Source: Octopus bimaculoides (Eukaryota). From it: 53,732 nucleotides of DNA. Position 1 is the first letter of the stretch. The number at the start of each line of letters is the position of its first letter. The stretch covers positions 376,823 through 430,554 of the forward strand of contig NC_068984.1 in NCBI RefSeq assembly GCF_001194135.2. The letters run 5' to 3'. The notes beneath the pieces were generated by a model, which was not told the origin of the DNA, made no database searches, and saw only the letters and a list, made by a program, of their open reading frames with translations. Of the stretch, positions 49,811 to 53,732 are shown piece by piece. Position numbers and translations under genes: made by a program.

Positions 49811-50294
49811 CCAGATATTTATATTCATTTTCCTTTTAAACCTTTGATAGGATATCAATTAATCAGTCGATTTCACCTTTTCTCCTCTGATATCACTAAT
49901 ATACTGAGGTCAAATATTTAACCCGATGCATCCACTCTAAAATAAACAAAAACAATATGTACAAAAGAAACAAAATCAGTTGTTAGAGGATGTTTGTGTG
50001 TTTTGTCAAGACTTCAATATTTTACACCGACATGAATTTAGATTTGGGAGTTAAAACATCGAAGAAGAAGCCAGGAAGTGGTTTACGGTCAATAATAGAA
50101 AGTTTTTATACGGTGAGATAATCCAAGAATTAGATTGTAACTAGTCAACACTGTCTAATAATGTAAAGAGTTGGGCAGCTTGTTGCGTCCTGAGGTAATA
50201 TGTACCTGATGTGTATTTGCAAACAGGAAGGAGAGATTTCGTTTAATGACAGTGAGAAATATCGCAGAAAAAGAACCGCAGTGGCCACAGCATT

Positions 50295-50440
50295 AACATC
50301 ATCATCATCATCATCATCATCATCGCTGTCGTCGTCATCATCATCATCATCATCTTCACGATTATTATCGCTGTCGTCGTCGTCATCATCGTAATCATCA
50401 GGGTAGTTGTCGTCGTCGTCATCATCATTATCATCAATAG
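50295..50440. repeat. (TCA/TCG)n trinucleotide low-complexity tract
   Basis: Direct. It explains the poly-S, poly-D and poly-M ORFs. Confidence 0.93.
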
Positions 50441-52429
50441 CCTCATTAGCAGAAGTAGCAGTCATAGCAAGAGCGACAACAAGAGTAACATCCATAACAA
50501 CTGACAAGACAATTGATAAGAAAAACAGTTTTACTGAAGTAGCGGCAAGTTTCCTGTGCATTTTAAACTGAGAGCAATAATAATAATAATAATAACAAAC
50601 AAAACAAGGAAAAGAACGGAAATAAGGATAAAATACTGAACATACTTGATCGATTTCAGCAGTATCGATGAGAAGTGTGTGTATTATCATATTAGGAAAT
50701 GAATAATTTATCGAATAACCGTTGAAAGGAAATAAAAGAAAATCATAAAAGTGAAAAGGTGGATGAAGCGATGAGTGATGTGGAGAGCAAGATAACTTTC
50801 TGAAGAGACGCATCAACTATTTTAAATCTGAAACCATTTTTGCCTTGAAAAAATGGTTTTAAATTTAACACATTCGTTTTCGTTGTCAATTTGAAAACAA
50901 GAAAATGAGGAATGGGAAGATTTTCCACTTTGTACGTTATTTCTATGATTGATGGCGTTTCAATGTGCAAATGGTATATACCTAGTGGTATATGTTCACT
51001 GTGGAAGTGGTATATACTCTTTAGAAGATCACTTATACTTGAAAGTCAACTTTTTATTAAATATTTTGAAAAATGTAGCTCAATTCCACATTCGGATGCA
51101 AGATATTCAGGTTCAGTCGCTTGACCAGCTAAATATGGTAGCAGATATTCCTCAAAACACACCAGAACCCAAGGAAAGTGTTAATGGTCTGCTTCAACAA
51201 CAATGATAATGATAAATTAAAGAGAATTTGTTGGCGCCAGTGTGCTGTTCCGAACGTTTTTCGTCGAATTATCGAAGTAGAACTCAACAACTGTCAAAGG
51301 AAGTTGCGAATATATAAAACGATGGCAAACGGGAGCAGATAATAGAGGCACTAAGCCCGTATAAGAACATGTTGGTCGCGGATGGAACGTAGCTGAGCAT
51401 ATACATACTTAATCCATATTGACTTTAATGGCAACAACAAATTAACAAAATAATTAGTACTGGCAGCGCTCCAGTCTTTGCGCTGAAACATATAAAAGAA
51501 TAAAAGAATATTGCTATTCAAAGAAACGGTATTGTGATCACATGAAACCAAGGGACGTTTTGCAGCGTATGTTTAACAGAGAATATCGGTGTTGTTACCT
51601 ATCAGCCAGCAACAAGCAAATGACGGAACTTCTAAAGGATCAATCGAAATGTTAAAAATAGCAGACAATTCTCCACCGTCTCATTAAATGAGTCCAATGC
51701 TGTTGCTACATGGCCGTCGGCCAATCCTCCACTTTTGCTTTGGCTGATGAGAGACAGTATTGAAACGAAACGATGGTATAGATTTAATTTGATTATGTAA
51801 TTGTTTGTGAATATATACTCATTGGCAAGCACACGTACATATACGCATACGCACATACTTCTACACACCCACATAACCACGCATATAAACGCACTGATAA
51901 GCATGTGTGTGTGTGTAATTGCCGAATTACTGTCACATCTGAGGAGGTCACAAGTTCTGCTGCTGCGCTCCAAAAATATGAATTTTTAAGATCTATTTTC
52001 ACATTTGAAGTCGGCCTCAGCTACAAAATACAGATACAAGCGTGTTCCTATTGCTTCATTGCAATCTAGGTTCATTTCAAGAGAAACAAGACATATAACA
52101 GTCCCTTGATTTATTTCCTTAATCTCCTTATATATTCTTTTATATATTCATAGATAATTAACCAATGCAGTTGACATCCTGTACAATCTGTGATTTCGCG
52201 TTACTCACATCAAATCGATGTAGGAGTAATGTTTACATTACAATCGAACAAATATGGACTGTCTTCCAAGAAACCTATGGCATCGGAAGAATAATACAGT
52301 TCTATTAAAAAGTATACATACATGCGTGCATACATACATACATACATACATACATACATCCCTCCCTTCAGCAACATCTTTTCACCACCAAGGACCTCCC
52401 TTGACTAAGTATGCATACACGAGGCAGGT

Positions 52430-52950
52430 AATATCATAAGGCTTGGAAAGCAGTTCATTGAGCAACATTCTTTGTCTGATAACCTTGAATATATGCCAGA
52501 AGAAGTCTCACGCTCTAACGCAACGTATCAGCAGAAGACCATGCATAGATATATTAGTAGAACATTGATCATCAAAGCAGTTTATTTTGAACCAACAACC
52601 GGATTACTAACTCTCACTTTGAAGGGTATGCGTTTGCAATCCAGGAACAAGAAATACCAGCCAAATACTTAATGCACAAAAGGGACAGAGTCGCAGGAAG
52701 AACACCAAAATATGATAACCGACTTTGTGGAGTTAACACCGAAAATATCACCCGCATCATAAGCAGTTGTCCAAAAATGTCATCGCAGAATTATCTACCG
52801 ATGTGACATAATGTAGTTAAGACACAGTATGATGAGATCCCTTGGAAGGATAACCTTGAGGCCAAAGAAATAGGGACCCACAGCATGGTAGAGGACATAG
52901 CTATTCATAATAAGGAGCACTGATGGAATGTCCCAGTGGAAACTTCAACT
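52430..52950 (+). mobile_element. RLE-type LINE remnant (paralog of 39130-39500 and 36150-36560)
   Basis: Near-colinear with 39130-39480: gagcaaca.tctttgtctgataacc..gaata.atgcc...actttgaagggtatg.gtttgcaatccag...atgcacaaaagggacaga. Confidence 0.85.
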
Positions 52951-52959
52951 TGACATAAA

Positions 52960-53320
52960 GACATGTTTAAAGGTGACGGGATCCTTTTCCTCATTGATCT
53001 GCTTCGGGACAATGTTAAACAGGGCAGGGCTCGCTGAGGAAAGGCAATTGTGTTGCAGTGTTATCAATAATTACTGCTTGGTCTCTGCTATTATTTGATG
53101 CTGTGAGTGATTCTACTGAAGGAAGAGTATGGCTGTTTTAGCAAAGTCTTTCTTCCAAAATGCATCAACTCAAATTTTCCCTCGTTTTGTTTTGGTTTGC
53201 CCATTGACTCACAGCATGTAGATCAGACTGGAGTTCAATTCGGTCTTCTTCTCCGTTGATAATTTTCTAGAGCTTAGAGTCAGCGATTATTTTCACTTTG
53301 TTGTTATAAAAAGAACAATG
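52960..53320 (-). mobile_element. CR1-type LINE RT remnant, internally deleted
   Basis: KVKIIADSKL.KIINGEEDRIELQSDLHAVSQWA...KFELMHFG, compared with FADD.KL...LQ.DL..W...K..MH.G; then 3' ...PALFNIVPK. Confidence 0.7.
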
Positions 53321-53394
53321 TAGGTGTTCTAACACCCTAGTCATATTTACTGACAATTATAGATTTCCTACTTGGCAAAACATTGCACACGGCT

Positions 53395-53399
53395 GTCTG

Positions 53400-53478
<79 letters not shown>
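53395..53478. repeat. (CTAT)n microsatellite
   Basis: Direct. Confidence 0.97.
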
Positions 53479-53732
53479 CTTCTCACGGACGTGCTGTCAC
53501 ATCGGCTGCGAAGGTAAACGTTTATTTGACCTTTTATTGTCCACATTTTGTTGGAATTTTTAAATAATTTTGTTGCGAAGCACCTAGGCTTCATTTGTGT
53601 GTATTTTCAAGGGCAGGAATTGACCCCCAGGGGCAGTTTCGGCCCTAGCAAAATACAAAAATTTCCTTCTTGACATTTGAAAAATGTCGAGAAACATAAT
53701 TTTGGAACGCTTGTCTTGTTCTTTTGACAAGC

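Noticed and set aside
50145-50816. 223-aa ORF with a poly-Asp tract
   Set aside because: Driven by (TCA)n and (TAA)n repeats; no domain and no splice support.
51741-51781. CTGATGA...GAAAC-GATG-GTA hammerhead-like words
   Set aside because: Stems I and II do not pair; chance or too decayed to call.

Overview
This is repeat-dominated eukaryotic non-genic DNA from a gapped short-read assembly. The SINE families, LINE mix and microsatellite load point to an octopod cephalopod (Octopus-like; inference, no database check). I see no intact protein-coding gene and no rRNA, bona fide tRNA or CRISPR array. The window holds decayed retroelements (two Penelope-like GIY-YIG remnants, a Ty3/Gypsy gag-pol piece, several RLE-type LINEs, two RTE LINEs, L1/Tx1 and CR1-type pieces), about 15 tRNA-derived SINE copies, many microsatellites and a ~3 kb alternating purine-pyrimidine satellite. 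The very long ORFs at 32.7-35.7 kb are artefacts of that satellite and N-runs. Most notable: (1) at least four minimal type I hammerhead ribozyme motifs, with different loop-III hexamers (three perfect palindromes, one a single base off) and three with enlarged stem-loop II; (2) a ~870-890 bp tandem duplication (11.9-13.6 kb) that keeps one shared reading frame full of stops at homologous codons and is CpA/TpG-poor, a RIP-like signature unexpected in an animal; (3) a candidate signal-peptide first coding exon at 48.07-48.23 kb; (4) an RTE copy with twin-priming geometry; (5) several long inverted repeats and palindromes. All alignments, folds and counts were done by eye.
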